A DNA stretch of 64,000 nucleotides from contig JBPGPT010000040.1 in assembly GCA_051047955.1 (NCBI GenBank), positions 1-64,000 on the forward strand, in the 5' to 3' direction. This DNA comes from Cystobasidiomycetes sp. EMM_F5. Lineage: Eukaryota. The notes under the pieces were generated by a model, which saw only the letters and a program-made list of their open reading frames with translations, was not told where the DNA came from and made no database searches. Made by a program: the position numbers and the translations under genes. How positions within the stretch are numbered: the stretch's first letter is position 1; every line of letters starts with the position of its first letter. Below, piece after piece: positions 1-13,351 of this stretch.

Positions 1-388
1 ACGAAGGTCCTGGAAGTACGGAAAAAGTCCCTCAGCGCTATAGCCAGGCTCACATCAGACAAAACTTGTAATGCAGGTGATCGAATTTGGTGGCAGTCGC
101 GACAGGTGCAGCCATGACACGCAGACCTTTCTATTCAGTGGACCCTTACTCTGGGAAGGTTGAATTGGAAAGAGTACTGCATGCACAAAGAAAAACCATG
201 TTGATTCACCGAACATCCCAACGAACATATAAATGACCAACTACGAGGTGCTAACAGAAGCAAGAGGTACGGGACGGGGATTGCAAGTACATGCAATGTC
301 CCACACGAAAGATGAACAAAAGAAATGCCAAAAAAAAATGTCCATCCTTTATCGCACTGCATTCCCACAATGATATCCTCTTGCTTCA

Positions 389-3092
389 TCAATGTGCGCA
401 CCCGCAAGAATGCTCGCCAATGACTCGCTTCTTGAGGCTGCGACCATTCCTCAAATGCGGATTGTATGAGCCCCGTGCGACGACAGCATCGCGTTTGAGG
501 GCCGCTTCGGACGTTAAACCTGCAAGCAATGTATCGATGGGTGCACGACGAGATTTTGCACGCTGCCCGGAAGTGAACGCCGTTACAGCCAAATCGGACT
601 GATGAACAACTTGACCTCCCACAACAGTCAGTAGCGCTGTGTTCTGATCAGGAGCGCGCCTTATTTATCAGAATAGAAGACCAAGTTTACTTCGATGGGA
701 CAAGCTTACATTACCAATCAGAGCATCAGGCGTGCTCGCGTCAATCATGTCTCGTTGGAGAATGACAAAGTCTGCCATCTTGCCCATTTCGAGACTGCCG
801 ATATCTTTGTCCATGCCCAGCCAGTGCGCTGAGTTCATTGTCATAGCACGCAGGGCGGCGACACGACTCTCTCCCGGCATTGTATTGAGTTGACCTCCGT
901 ATGCTGTCGGGTTGCTATAAGCTGCAGAGTGCGGATTGAGAGGATCGCCACGTCTCAGTACGGCTGCAAAATATTGCAGGAATGCTGTCAAGACAGTGGT
1001 GTTGAGACTGTGACTCCGTGTTACTAGTTGATTTTCCACTCACGATCGTAAACGTCAACCGGCCAGTCCGAACCGTATGCGTTTCCACGCTGGCCACGTT
1101 TAGCGTGCTCTTGTGCAACAAGTCCGAATGGTTCAGCCAATGCAATACGCTCAGGTCCGACGGCTTGGTATGTGTCGTATGCTGGCCGCATGATCCATGG
1201 TATGAGATTGTGCTTCAGATTCCTGACATTGCCTCACTTACCACCGTCGATACTTTTCCACACAGGGCTTAATGCCGCCCACTGTGGTGACGGGACTGCA
1301 AAAACCTTCTGTCAGCAATTGGATCATTCCGTCATTGAAGCGTGGGTCATGTACTGGTGGTGAGGTTCAGTTCGCCAATTCGTGCGATGTCCTCGGGTTG
1401 CACAATCTCAAAATGGGCCATACCAAAATCTTCCTGATTGATGGTGTAGCCCAGCCCTTCCATAGCATCCAGCACGTCGCGGACAGCGCCATCGCCTGAA
1501 GAGCAGAAACAATGTGAGCTACATCGAATACATGTCTTCGTCAGACTGACCGTCGGCGTGCACTTGCAGTCTGAACCCGTGTCGTTTAGCACTCTCGAAA
1601 ACCTATGGGATCTATCAGTTTGCACGCTCAACCTGGGACAACGACGTACAGATCGGATTGCAGTTGCATTATAGTACTGTTTGACAGTCAGGGCATTGAA
1701 GGAAAGAGAGAAAAGTCATAACATACTGGCGGTACGGGTGCCGCATCCGGTACCAACTTGCCTGTCGAGTCAGGCGTGTAGTACGGCGCGATGAGAGACG
1801 CAGTTTTAGACGGAGGCTCGTAGACCCCGTCGGAAAGCATCTGTAGAAGTGTATTCGTTAGTAGTGTTAGTGAGATCCTCTGACCGTATCACACCTTGAT
1901 CGCACGAAAATTCATGCCGGGAGCTGGAACAGTTGCGCCAGAGTCATAGGCTTGCGAGACAGCTTGAAACTTGGCTAGAGTCTCGTCAACTTGGCCAGGA
2001 TAGAGTTGTGTGACCTCAGGCGTGGTCAAAAAGCAAAAGTTTGCTCGGGCCGTCAGTTGCCCGGCCTGCATAACCTCTTGGAATGGTACGGCCATCCTGA
2101 CTTCCGAAGCAGCATCCATGTATGATGTGATTCCGTAGCTATTGAGCATCTTGTTTGCAGCCATTAGCCAGCGCTTATCTTGTTCATTATCATTGGGGAT
2201 AGCCGCTACTACCAGCAGTTCCGCTCCATCTTCAAGTGCACCGGTTGGACAACCCTTAGCGTCGCGTACAATTCGGCCTATATACCAATATGACCTCAGC
2301 CTCTATTGCTACTGCGCTCTGACTGCATACAATATTCTTACCCCCAACCACATCGGGTGTAGAGCAGGTTATATTGGTAGCTTGAAGTCCCGCTGCGTTG
2401 AGTACAAGCGAATGTTGATCCATTGTTTGAACAACAATGGGCCGAGTCGTTTGGAGGGCCGCCAACATCTGGTATGTGAGATCGGATCCTTGCGTCTGAG
2501 AAAAGCCAGCTCTATCGAATGAAGTGGCAAAAAACCATGCATTGCTCGCGGCGTCTGTCTCTGCGTCGAGGCATGCCTGGATCTTTGACAGCAGGCCATC
2601 AAGATTGTAAACTTTAAAGTCAAGATTACATGCTGTGAGGGTCAGCCCGCCCCTGAAGACATGCAGATGAGAGCTTGAAGTAGGAGAACCATTGTTAGTT
2701 CCACTTGATGGAGGTTTTGGGGTAGCGACCTACTCGATGAAGCCGGGATACATAGGCTTTCCGTTTACAGAAATAATCGTTGCTCCTGATACATCGACGT
2801 GATCTAGAAGTTCGCTGGTTTGGCCTATCCAGGAAATGCGACCACTCTTCACTGCGACCGCACCGTCTTTGTAGACTGTGTCCTGACCATCGACAGTATA
2901 GATGGAAGCGTGTGTGTACACAGAATCGGCTAATGCGCAGGTAGTCTGTCGGTTTGCCAATTTGTGGTGACCTCGTCGTGCGTTGTTGGAGGGTTTGGGG
3001 CTTGGATTCGGGTCATTGCAAGCGGAACCGACGGCAACATGGCTTCGAAGGATGCTGCACAGAGCAAGAGCTGCAATGGTCGGAGCGCGCAT
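389..3092 (-). CDS. Secreted metal-dependent amidohydrolase (amidohydrolase_3 / YtcJ-like), multi-exon
   Basis: Signal-peptide-like N-terminus MRAPTIAALALCSILRSHVAVG; spliced PGFID-SHLH metal motif; YGITSYMDA; AHFEIV; MTMNSAHWLGMDKDIGSLEMGKMADFVIL; LLTVVGGQVVH; final exon ends at the stop at 389. Confidence 0.85.
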
Positions 3093-3382
3093 ATTGGTAT
3101 TCGGCTTGGGTGACAAGGCAGATTCGCGTCAGTGTTTGGTAGCCTGCCTGGATGAAAGTGAAGCAGGCGAATGGTCGTTTTTTCTCGAGATGTAAGAGGC
3201 TGTTGTTGTTTGATCGTCTTTGCTCCAACAGTAAGTTCTTGTTGCGATTGTTGTTTGCCCTGGGATAACTCAAAAAAAAAATAACAACGTGGTCTGCATT
3301 CCTTAGAAGGAGACGCTTCCTTTGTAAATAAGTTATGTTAAGTTAGTCGACTTAAATTAGTTACTGTCGATATGTAGCAGAG

Positions 3383-3480
3383 CCGGTCGGAGCTGTGAGA
3401 GCTGGCTGATCAGTAGTTATAGTACTCATTTATCTCTTCACACGTCTAACGCGTTCAAGTAGAAGAACCGGTCGGAGCTG
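3383..3480. repeat. 13-bp direct repeat CCGGTCGGAGCTG (3383-3395 and 3468-3480) in a divergent intergenic region
   Basis: Exact copies, both preceded by AGA(G/A). Confidence 0.75.
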
Positions 3481-3994
3481 AGATCTGCGCTCGAATATAC
3501 GGACTGTGTGGCATTGACGGCACTGTACTGTAGAGAAAGTGGACATTTTTGCGCACAGCTTGCCGCACATCAACTGCACGCGCGTTCAGTTGAAGGACGG
3601 CAGACTAGGTAATATGGTAGCGGTTTTCGGACGTTTTCAGTGATTACTGAAGCCGCGTGGAGACGTGCTGCTGGACGTTGTACAGTGAGCCCGCCGTTGT
3701 CACATGGCTGAGGTCTTGACGGCATTCTGGCATAGCTGCAAGCCTGTCCGGATCGTGAGCCAAGGGGGTCCAGACAGTACTTCGGTATCGAGTCACTCAG
3801 AGTCCGACCTGAACTTGCACAGCAAGCAAGCCAAGCCGGCGTTCCTAGCATCGGACCGCTAGATGTGTCGCCGTGTCGCAAAGTCCTTGGGAACGTTGAT
3901 TTCGTTCTTGTCGCTGAAGCCTCGATTTGATCGGCCGTTCGCTTGCGCGTTGATGTAAAGCCTGCTTGACCACACCCCATCAGCACGAACGGCG

Positions 3995-5159
3995 ATGTCG
4001 CGGTCATATGATAGAGGTGAGTGACAGATTGTGCTGACATCTACTTGCGGATGCTGACATTTTCGCAGCCCTAACAGTCTTCTCGCCGACTGGTCAACTG
4101 TTTCAGGTATATCAAGCTACAGTACTAGCCATCTTGCTGGACGTTATTTAATGGGAATATCGCGCTCTAGGTCGAATACGCACTAGAGGCAGTCAAGAAG
4201 GGGACATGTGCTGTGCGTTGTACCAAAGGTGGAGCCCGTGTCTTCGATAGCTTTGCTGACGACATCGACACATTACCCATCTTATCTATCTTACGCCGGT
4301 GCTTGAGCAGGTCGGCGTCAAGGGCAGAGATGCAGTGGTACTGGGAGTAGAAAAGAAATCTCTGCTACAGCTTCAAGATCCTAGAACAGTCCGCAAGATT
4401 GCCATGCTCGACGAGCACGTATGCTTGGCGTTTGCGGGTGAGCACGCCCAGCAGAGTCTGTAAGAGTGCATCTGACATTTTGCACGTTGATGTTTGTGAA
4501 CTTCAGGCTTGACCGCTGATGCACGCATCCTCATCGACAAAGCGCGGATACAATGTCAATCTCACCGCTTGACCATGGAAGATCCAGTCACCATCGAGTA
4601 CATTACGCGTCACATCGCTGGTATTCAACAGAAGTACACCCAGAGTGGCGGTGTTAGGCCTTTCGGCATTGCAACGCTGATCATTGGATTCGACGCAAAC
4701 ACTTCGACTCCCCGACTGTATCTCACGGAACCCAGCGGAATTTTCTCGAGTTGGAAGGTAAATGAGAAATTGTGACGTCTACACAACAATCACTGAGTGT
4801 CCGCCTGCCCTTATCCCTTTCCATCGCTGCCTGTCTCATGCTCTCAGGCTAACGCCATCGGCAGATCCAGCAAGACTGTACGTGAATTCCTGGAGAAGAA
4901 TTACAAAGAGAATGCCACGACTGCAGAGACAATCAAACTGGCCGTAAAATCTCTCCTCGAAGTTGTGCAGACCGGGGCGAAAAACATCGATATGGCAGTA
5001 ATGGACGGGCATGGGCAAGTACGCAATTTGTCCCTCAAGGAGATTGAGGATGTCGTTGCCGAGATTGAAAAGGAGAAAGAAGCAGAGGCGGAGAAGAAAC
5101 GTAGCAGGTTGGCAGCTACTCAGGCGAGTCAACAGGCTATGCTGCAAGCACAGGCATGA
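3995..5159 (+). CDS. PRE6: 20S proteasome subunit alpha-4 (PSMA7-like)
   Basis: Spliced [104 protein letters not shown]. Confidence 0.95.
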
Positions 5160-5332
5160 GGATTGCGGTGGCAGAGTAGGGGCTGATATCGAGCAATGTT
5201 GTGTGTATCTCGTTCGGAAGCCTATCAGACTGCGTTCGTTACAGTCTATCAGGGGCCATACGAATTTGCTCCAGACTTGCAAGCGCATTCATGGAATACT
5301 TTCGGAGTTGCATCATAACCAACGAACTCCGG

Positions 5333-6196
5333 ATGTTACTCATGCAGGATCTACGGTCAAGTCTTGCAGTGTGTAGCAGCAGAGCTGCTGTATTGCGATC
5401 TGCTTGTCGCTGCGGTGTACAGCGTTTCGCGAGCAGCAGAAGCCGAGGTCAACAAGAGGCTACTTCGGACTCTGCGGGAGCAACAGGCTGTAAGCAGCGC
5501 CTTCTTGAGCTTACCCATACACGTGCTCTGGCTGATCTGGCGGATGGTCTGCGTCTACAGCATACCCGTTCTCGACGTCTGTGACGTTTCCAAACACATC
5601 CTCATCGTCTGCCCATCTCCTTACCGAGAATAGTCAGCAACGCAGATTACCGCCTTTATCCCTGATGGACCGAGTGAATCGTTCCTTGGTCCTACCGCAA
5701 ACGTCCGCCTTCCGAGCCAAATTTGGTCGACGCGGCAAAGCTCGCATACCCCCAGGATCTGTAATCGCAGTGGAAAGCTACACGGGCACTACTCCTACAG
5801 CTTCAGCGGGTACAGCTGCCTTCTCTGGCGTCCTAATGGCCGTCAAACGGCGCCATCAGGGTGTGGACAATGCCTTCCGACTACGAGCAAGTCTGGGCAA
5901 GCCCGGTATCGGTACCGAAGTGCGCTTCGACGTCAATTCACCATGGATCAAAACAGTGACGGTGTTGCGACGGGCCGATGATGCACGGTAAGCGGCTTCC
6001 ACACTTTCTGTCAGATGCCCACTTACGATCTCGATGTAGACGAGCAAAATTATACTTTATCCGGAAGAACGGACGATACGTCTCTGGTATACAGGGTGCA
6101 ATTAGAGCCTCGCAAATGAATCAGCATAAGATCTCTGACGCTAGCCCTTCGCCGACAAACATGTCACTAACCAAGAAGGCAAGCAAGAGAAAGTGA
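5333..6196 (+). CDS. IMG1: Mitochondrial large-subunit ribosomal protein bL19m
   Basis: Arg/Ser/Ala-rich presequence; PGSVIAVE...FSGVLMAVKRR..GVDNAFRLR...GTEVRFDVNSPWIKTVTVLRRA / RRAKLYFIR pattern of L19; two introns. Confidence 0.8.
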
Positions 6197-6377
6197 ATTA
6201 CAAGTCTCATGGCGGTTCGTTGTAGATATAGCAGTCAACATCACCATCATCAAGTCGAGATTGCTGGTCTACAGCATTCTATGCTATCCGACAGAGGGCT
6301 TCGTCCCGCGGACCACCGGAAATGCGAAAATTATCTACTGCTGCGTACTGACTGCCTCGGAAGCTACGCAGAGGCTA

Positions 6378-9300
6378 TTACGCGTAAAATCTGTGAAGGA
6401 TGCAGAATGATTACACTGTCAGAGTAACCATGCACATCCCACGCAATGGCTACACTCACTTCTTGTTAATGAAAGACAGGAGCAGATTTAGATTGCACTT
6501 GGCCATCCCTCCGAGCTTGATCGTTTGTTTACCATTGAATTGGGCTTGCAGCTACTCGTGGATGTCAGCTGTATTATAAGCCCAATTGGTGTAGGCGAAC
6601 CCACCAACTCGTCCATGCTCAGCTCCACTTGACCGTCTGGGACAGGTATGCCGTGCGCAAAAGCCTCAACGATAAAGACTCCGACCTCATCGGAGGAAAT
6701 GGTCAAGGAAATGCTGTCGTACTGACGCGGCGACTGCGGAGATATACTCAGAGACCGCTTATACGTCATGCAATAAAGTTAGTCCATACCTGTCCTTCTA
6801 CCGCCAACAGAATACCGCGATCAGAGAGATTTCGAGCAGTGTACTTGTATGATCCAAACTTGGGCAGCTTGCCAGACTTCTCTAGCTCGCGCCGATGGAA
6901 ATACTGCGCAGAGAATGGAATAACAAGGCGTTTCTTGCCTTTCTTCTGTATGGTAGTTTTCGTCGAGTCGACGAAAGACTGGAGGCAGATCATGGCATTT
7001 GGGTCAGCACGCTACGATACCCACCCTGCTACGGACATACCCTGAATGCATCGATTTGCTGCTCTAGATATCTGTGCTTGTCATCGAGATTGGCGATGGT
7101 CCCCTCCATGGTATGTATTTCTCGCTGGCGGACTATACGCTTCCTGTGCTTGTTGCGTATGTCTTGGGCCAAAGCGTTCAAGACTTCCTGAAAATTGCTT
7201 TCGCGCTTTACGCGATTCAAAGCTTCCAGCTTCATCATGTTCTCTAAGCACCGAGCTTTTACCTCCCGAAATGTGATCCTGGTAGCGGCAGATTAGTCTC
7301 ATACGACAACTGAAAATGTTCAGATGACTGACTGAAAGACATCCTCAAAGTTCGGGTTTGGTGATCCTGACACTGTGCCGCGTTGTTGCAATTGACGAAG
7401 TTCCTCGTCAACGACCAGTGCCCATGCCTCCTCGTGGTATTGGCTGACCGGCTCGACCAGGGCTTGCATTAAGTTCTCTGCGGGCTGGACTTTTAAAAGA
7501 TACAGGACGTATCGCTTTGTGTTGGCGAACAGGGCTTTCTCTCCGGCTTGCACATCGTCGAGCGGTTCGACACGTCCCTTCAGCGTCATCGCAATCTCGC
7601 CAGCCCTAGCATTATCCAATTCGGCGGACGCAGGAAGCGGAGCTCCACCAAGCTCGCCCAACAGCACGCGAAGTGGATCGTACGGAGACTCTGCTATTAT
7701 GTCCAGATGCTGCAGGACCAGCTCGTGCATAGAGTAAATCTCGTTTGGCGAAATGTAGATAATAGGCTTGTGAGGCAGAGAATGGTCAAGATACTCATCG
7801 GCGTTGAATTGCGTTTCAGCGTCCGGAACGTCGAGTACAGCATAGAACCACCCTTTGAAGCGGTGCGCGCCATAATTGACGTACTCATTGAGTGGCGAAA
7901 GATATGGGTTCTCGTCGGCGAAATGTCGAGCGACGGAAACCTGATTCAGCATCTTAGCGATCGCGGCGAGGTTCTTACGTTGAGCCGCGCCAATGGTTGC
8001 GTTGACCACGTCAAAGCTCTCTGGAGCGACCACGGCTGGGTTGATGTATCGGTAATACAAGAAGTGCCCAACTTGACGGATCAGAACGTCCTGTTTATCC
8101 TGCCCAAATTTAACTTCCAACGCGCGGAATATCTCGCGCGCAATGTACCTCATGCCGAATGGCATCTTGTGTGTAGTGCTGAATATTGCCTCCAGAAAGG
8201 CATCCGTTTTAGCTCGCAAGAGTTTAAGATCTATGGGGAAATCCTGAGTATCTGAGTCCACACGTCTGTAGATGACTCACGCCTAATGAAAATGGTCCTT
8301 GCCTCAGGATCTTCGAGTGCCTGTTGATGCGTGACTTCGAACTGGCGACGACTCGCCAGACCGGTCTCCATCTCTTCTCGGGCTATACAACCCCGGTATA
8401 TTGCAAGTGGATCGGTCTCAAGATCCAAAGAGGCATCTTGCACGATGTCGTTGATTAATGGAGCTAGCAGATCCTGCAAATACTTCCTCTCTTTGGCGCC
8501 ACGACCATACTGAAGAACGAGTTTGATGAATACAAAGTCCCCTTTGTCAAATTCGCTAAGACTGGAAATTGACATTACTTCTTCGTGGATAGATCGTTGA
8601 AACAGTTTTAGAAGCAGAAACTCCTCTCGACTGTTCTGCGCGTAGCCAAAAAGAGTGAGGACAACCCCTTCGACTGCTTTGCGTTGGCGGTCACCCATCT
8701 CAATGCGAGACATCCTGAAAAATAAGCGAGCAAGATAGTCTGGCTTAGTTTGAAGGAGGTAGAACATCTGCTGGTAAAGTTCGAGTTTGCGAAGGGTCGC
8801 TTTGTCTAGGGATGCCAGAGCAAAGGGGTCCCTAGCTGCAGCCAGAACAGAATTCCGTTGCCGGTGACCTAAAGTGTCTGTGTTACCAAGACGTCTCGCA
8901 CGTTCCACGTCATCGAGTGACATCTTGTTTCTCACAAGCAGAGCGATTCGTATGTCAAGGTCTGCTACATCAGCCTCCAGCTGCTGATTGCCACGAATCT
9001 TGGTGATGACAGTCTTTTTAAGATGCTCCACCTCGACTTCCTCCCGATAATCATTTTCATTGTCGCTCAGAAGATGGATAAAATTCTTGATTGTCATAAG
9101 CGGGACATTGGTCCCTTTAGTGAGTTGACGATAAGACTCAAGCTGCTGCTTCCGCCTGAAAAGGGCTTGAACTTTCACTACTTTGTGTACCTGCTCGTGA
9201 TAATGCAGTAGACGCCCCCAGAACCTCCGTCTGCAGGTTGCACCAAGCAGCAAAGCCTGTAGCAATGATGCCTCGCTCTGCGAATGATGAAGATGTTCGT

Positions 9301-12300
9301 GCCACGTCCAGAAATCTCGCCTAGCCAGAAAGCCTCGGATTTGCGCTTGCACACACACGACATCTGGCATGGCAAAGCCTAGCGCTTTTGACTGTTGCTG
9401 CTTATGTTTCCGAGTGAGTAAACCTCTGGCGAAAGCTTGCATTGTACCGACTGATCGCACGACTTCGATGCGAGTCATCTGCCGTGTAATTTTCTCTTGT
9501 GCTCTGCGTGCCAAAGTTCTGCGAGCGAAAGATTGAAGGCCCGCAACAGCTGTCTGAGTTTCTACCTCGCGTAATCGACGGACGCAGTTGAGCAAGCTCC
9601 GTCTGGCCAAGAATCCCCGGATTTGGCTCTGCAGACCGACTGTCGTCTCGGTACACCTGGCTAGATCATCCAATAGGCTGTAGTAACGATGCCGTATAAG
9701 CTTGCCTCGCCCTTTTGCCTGGAGGCCCACCATCTCGGCATCATGTTGGTCCAGTCGAGCGATGTCGGAATAGAATGCCCTCCTTAAGTGCGTTCCGCGA
9801 ATACGAGCTTGCAATCGAACAACGAAGCGGTTGGCGGTCTCTAGGTTCTGCTGCCGCTCGATGAGTGACTGCGCTAGACGCTGATGTGACAGTTTACCGC
9901 GGCACTGTGCCTGGAACGCGATATAACTTCTTGTAGACCTTTGCAGTCGATTCTGTTTCTCGTCAAAGGCTCTCCGGGCCAGGCAACGCCGTGCTTCACT
10001 TTGCAAGGCCAGAACGTAAGGTCGCGCAGTTTGCAGATCGGATTGCCGTTCCACCTCCTGACGAAGTCGCTCCTCTTGCAGACGCTTCTGTCTTGCTTCT
10101 TCTTGCTGCTGTAAGAGCTGCTGACGACGAGCCTCCTCCTCCTCTTTCAAATGTGCCTGGTAAGCTTCCTCTTCTAAGGCTAGCCGTGCCCGATCTGGGC
10201 ACAAGAATCAATACCGACATTCGAGCCGTGGTATGGCAATTCACGCTACTTACTTGCTTCGTCTGTCTCTGCTGGTTCTCCCTGAATCTCGTACGCTAGC
10301 TGTCTGCCAATGTTGCCAAAGCTAGGCATCGAGACGCCTGCGGCGTCCAGACCCTTTTGCTTCTTCTCTAATTCTTCATCAGTAAAGGAGATCTTATTCA
10401 GATGATCACCTATTCTTTGCGCTAATCCTTGACGAGCTAGAAGGTGCGAAAGTGCGTGAATACAGTAGATGACTTTGGGGAGATTCTTGGCATCGTATAG
10501 ATCTGTCGTCTCGAAGCAGAAAATTTCTGGCAACCCCACATGCCGCGTGAATCCGAAGAAGACGTTGATGTTATCTGTGGCATACATTTTGTGTCGAATA
10601 TTCTGCAATTACCGTCATATCAGTTATGGTCAGAGAATCAGGCACTGTGCATCGTGGCTGTACGAACCTCAATGACGCGGGGCACTGCTCTCCTCCCAAG
10701 GAACACTCTGGCCAATTTAGCGAGGGCAACACCGTCCCTCAGCGCTTCTTCAAGCTCGACTACGCTCTTTGTGGCCAAGCCCGACGCATCATGTTTTTGT
10801 GAAGATGCAGGCGCGTGAAAGCTAGGCGAATGAAATGAAGTACCCACTTGAGGACTGTTTGTTGGGTCATCGGCTTCCGGGCGGAAAAGGCAATCCACGA
10901 GCCACTCTTGTGCCTCCGATACATGGCATAGGTACTCGTACGCTTGCATATTTCGGCGCTGAGTCTCCATAGCTTTAGCGGCACCGTAGCCGTACGCAGT
11001 ATAACCTGAACCGTGCGCACCGGACACAGTATCTGCGCGAGTAAGCCTTCGTCGGCCAGACATGCCCGTGACTGACGCTCCGCCGTCACTGATGCCATGA
11101 ATTATGAGTGCTGCTGTTTCGTCTGGCGTGTTAGCATACGTTGAGGTATACCGGCCGGCACTGCTTTTGGGACGCGCATGTACCACCCTGGGCTCACGTG
11201 TGGTAGTGTGTTGCGTTAGTTGCCTTGAAGGTATACGTTCAACCTCAAGGTTGGTGTAAGATTGATTTTGCTGAGTCCCGTCTCTAGGAGAAGGGAGGGG
11301 TGATGCAGTCAGGTCATCTGTCGTACTGTTATCGCTGCGTTCGGAGACACGGTCCAGCCCATGCAGGCCCATCCGTGTGCGGGGTGGTCGTGCGGACGGC
11401 CCGGTGACATCTAAAATTTCTGGACTAAATGGCCGGTCGGGCGTGTTGCGGTACGACCGTACCGGTTCTGACAGAAGAGTAGCCTGCATGTCCTTCTCTG
11501 GAAGGGTTTTAGTCCGTCGATGCGCTTGACCTCTGTAGCTGTCGTTGCGTATAATGTGCTTGTCGGACCTTCCAGTAGATTGAGAAGATGACGGAAAGTC
11601 GGTATCATTCCGCATCTCAACATAGTCCTTAAAGCTGTGCGGTAATTCGACAGACGTTTTGCTCAGCCCATGCACTCCTCCCAAGGCGATACCATTTTGA
11701 TCAAGGCGATGCGCGCCATGATTAGAATAGGATTTAGACGATGTTATTTGGCCTTCAGTCGGGGTATTGAAGTTCTGATTTGTTGTAGAAGCCGAGAGTG
11801 TCGTAGGTGAGAAAGGCTTGCTGAAAGAGTCGTTGCCGTGCAAGCCATACATTCGCGTGGATGTGGTGGGAGACGTAGGCGCTGACCGTTGTGCATTTCG
11901 CGTACTGCGCCACGTTGGACCTGTTGCGACATTCTCATCACCTGCATGGCTACTCGACGATATAGATGAAGCCGTTCCGCTACGAGATAGCATATTCCGT
12001 CGCCATGTAGGAGTAGAGTCTATGCTAGCAATAGGAGTAGCACGCCCCGAAGATGTGCTGTGTGTGGTGGTAATGTTGATTTGCGTTGTGCTTCCGCCAA
12101 ATCTGCCTACAACATCGTCGATACTTGCAGAAGTGGAGGGACGATGACCCGGTGTCCATGTCGAGCGCTTGGAAGACGTTGTTGCAGCATTACTAGTCGC
12201 ATCGTGTAGCACCGTGCTTGCTCGGGTATCATTGAGAGGTCGCGCAGAGAGACTTCCAGGACCCCTAGGCAGAGTCGTACTGTGCGTCGAAGTTCCGTCG

Positions 12301-12701
12301 GACGCGCTATGCAGATTGTGCAGATTGCTGATGGACTGGACAGACGATGTTCGACTGAGAAGCTTAGCTTGGTATCCAAATACCTTGTCCACAAGTGCCG
12401 AGGGTGGATTGGACGGAGTGTAGCCAGCGCTGGTATGCTGGAGGCTGTACGACGACTGCACCCGTGGCAGGTGCGACGTTTTGAGAGATGAAGATGTACT
12501 GCTATCGTACGGAGTTTGTTGAGATGATGGGCACGGTGTAGTAACACTCCCCTTCGGCTGGGATTGTGCGTCAAATGCACCGCTCGTCGACGAAGCCAGG
12601 TTTGGCGTCTGTGGAGGTGGAGTGGATGCGCCAGACGAGCGCGACATGAGAGACGGGGATCGTTCGAGGTTTATGTCATCAATGTAGGATGTGTACACCA
12701 T
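6378..12701 (-). CDS. IQG1: IQGAP-family cytokinesis scaffold (CH, IQ repeats, RasGAP-related, RasGAP_C)
   Basis: AYEYLCHVSEAQEW, LEEALRDGVALAKLA, TDNINVFF..LYDAKNLPKVIYCIHALSH (CH domain); many LQxxxRGxLxR IQ motifs; FYLLQTKPDYLARL; YYRYINPAVVAPE; KFGSYKYTA; terminal INKK/FYA stop. Confidence 0.93.
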
Positions 12702-13351
12702 AGCGGTCCGTATTGCTGTCGCAGCGTGTTTCGGCGGGCTCGTGCGCCTGGTCGATCGTCCAGCGACTCGAGCTGTGCAACCCTCGATGCCGGTTTGCGA
12801 CGTTGACGGTACTCGCACAGCGTCAGGTGTCGTTACTGATATCGAGCTGGTGAGCTGTTCCTCGTCTCGATGTCGCTAGGGCTCTGCGGCCGAATTGTGC
12901 CGCTGTCGGGTTGGGCGTAAACAACAAAAGTCCGTCGCGCGAAAGGTACAGGGTGCGTGACAGCGACGTGCGAAAACAGACGCAAGAAGCAGGAGATCTG
13001 GAACAGAGCAACCCTTCACGAGATACAGATATATGTTGCGTTTTGTTCCGGTCAGCTGGTCTCGAGCGGGTAAGCCGCACCGCTCCGCTGACGGTCGACC
13101 GTTACCGTATAGTCGTCTGAATCGGTGCGCAGCGGCAGGCAGGCAGGACAGCAAGTTTTGGCCGTTGCTCGGCTCGATGGTGTCGAAATCGCTAGAGGTC
13201 ACAGAGTAGTGTGTTGCTCCAATCTATCTCCGTATGCTCCGGGCTATTCCTGTTGCAGTAAGTGCTCTCAGTGAAGAAATCTGACGAGTGACGTAGATGT
13301 GCAGGAGCGTCTGGCCACTTGACGCTGCTTCGGTCAAATCCTACACGAGGC

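Noticed and set aside
3570..4040. 156-aa minus-strand ORF and other long antisense ORFs (e.g. 7548-8255, 31048-31695, 45169-45702)
   Set aside because: No recognisable motifs; they overlap real genes or promoters, as expected of shadow ORFs at ~52% GC
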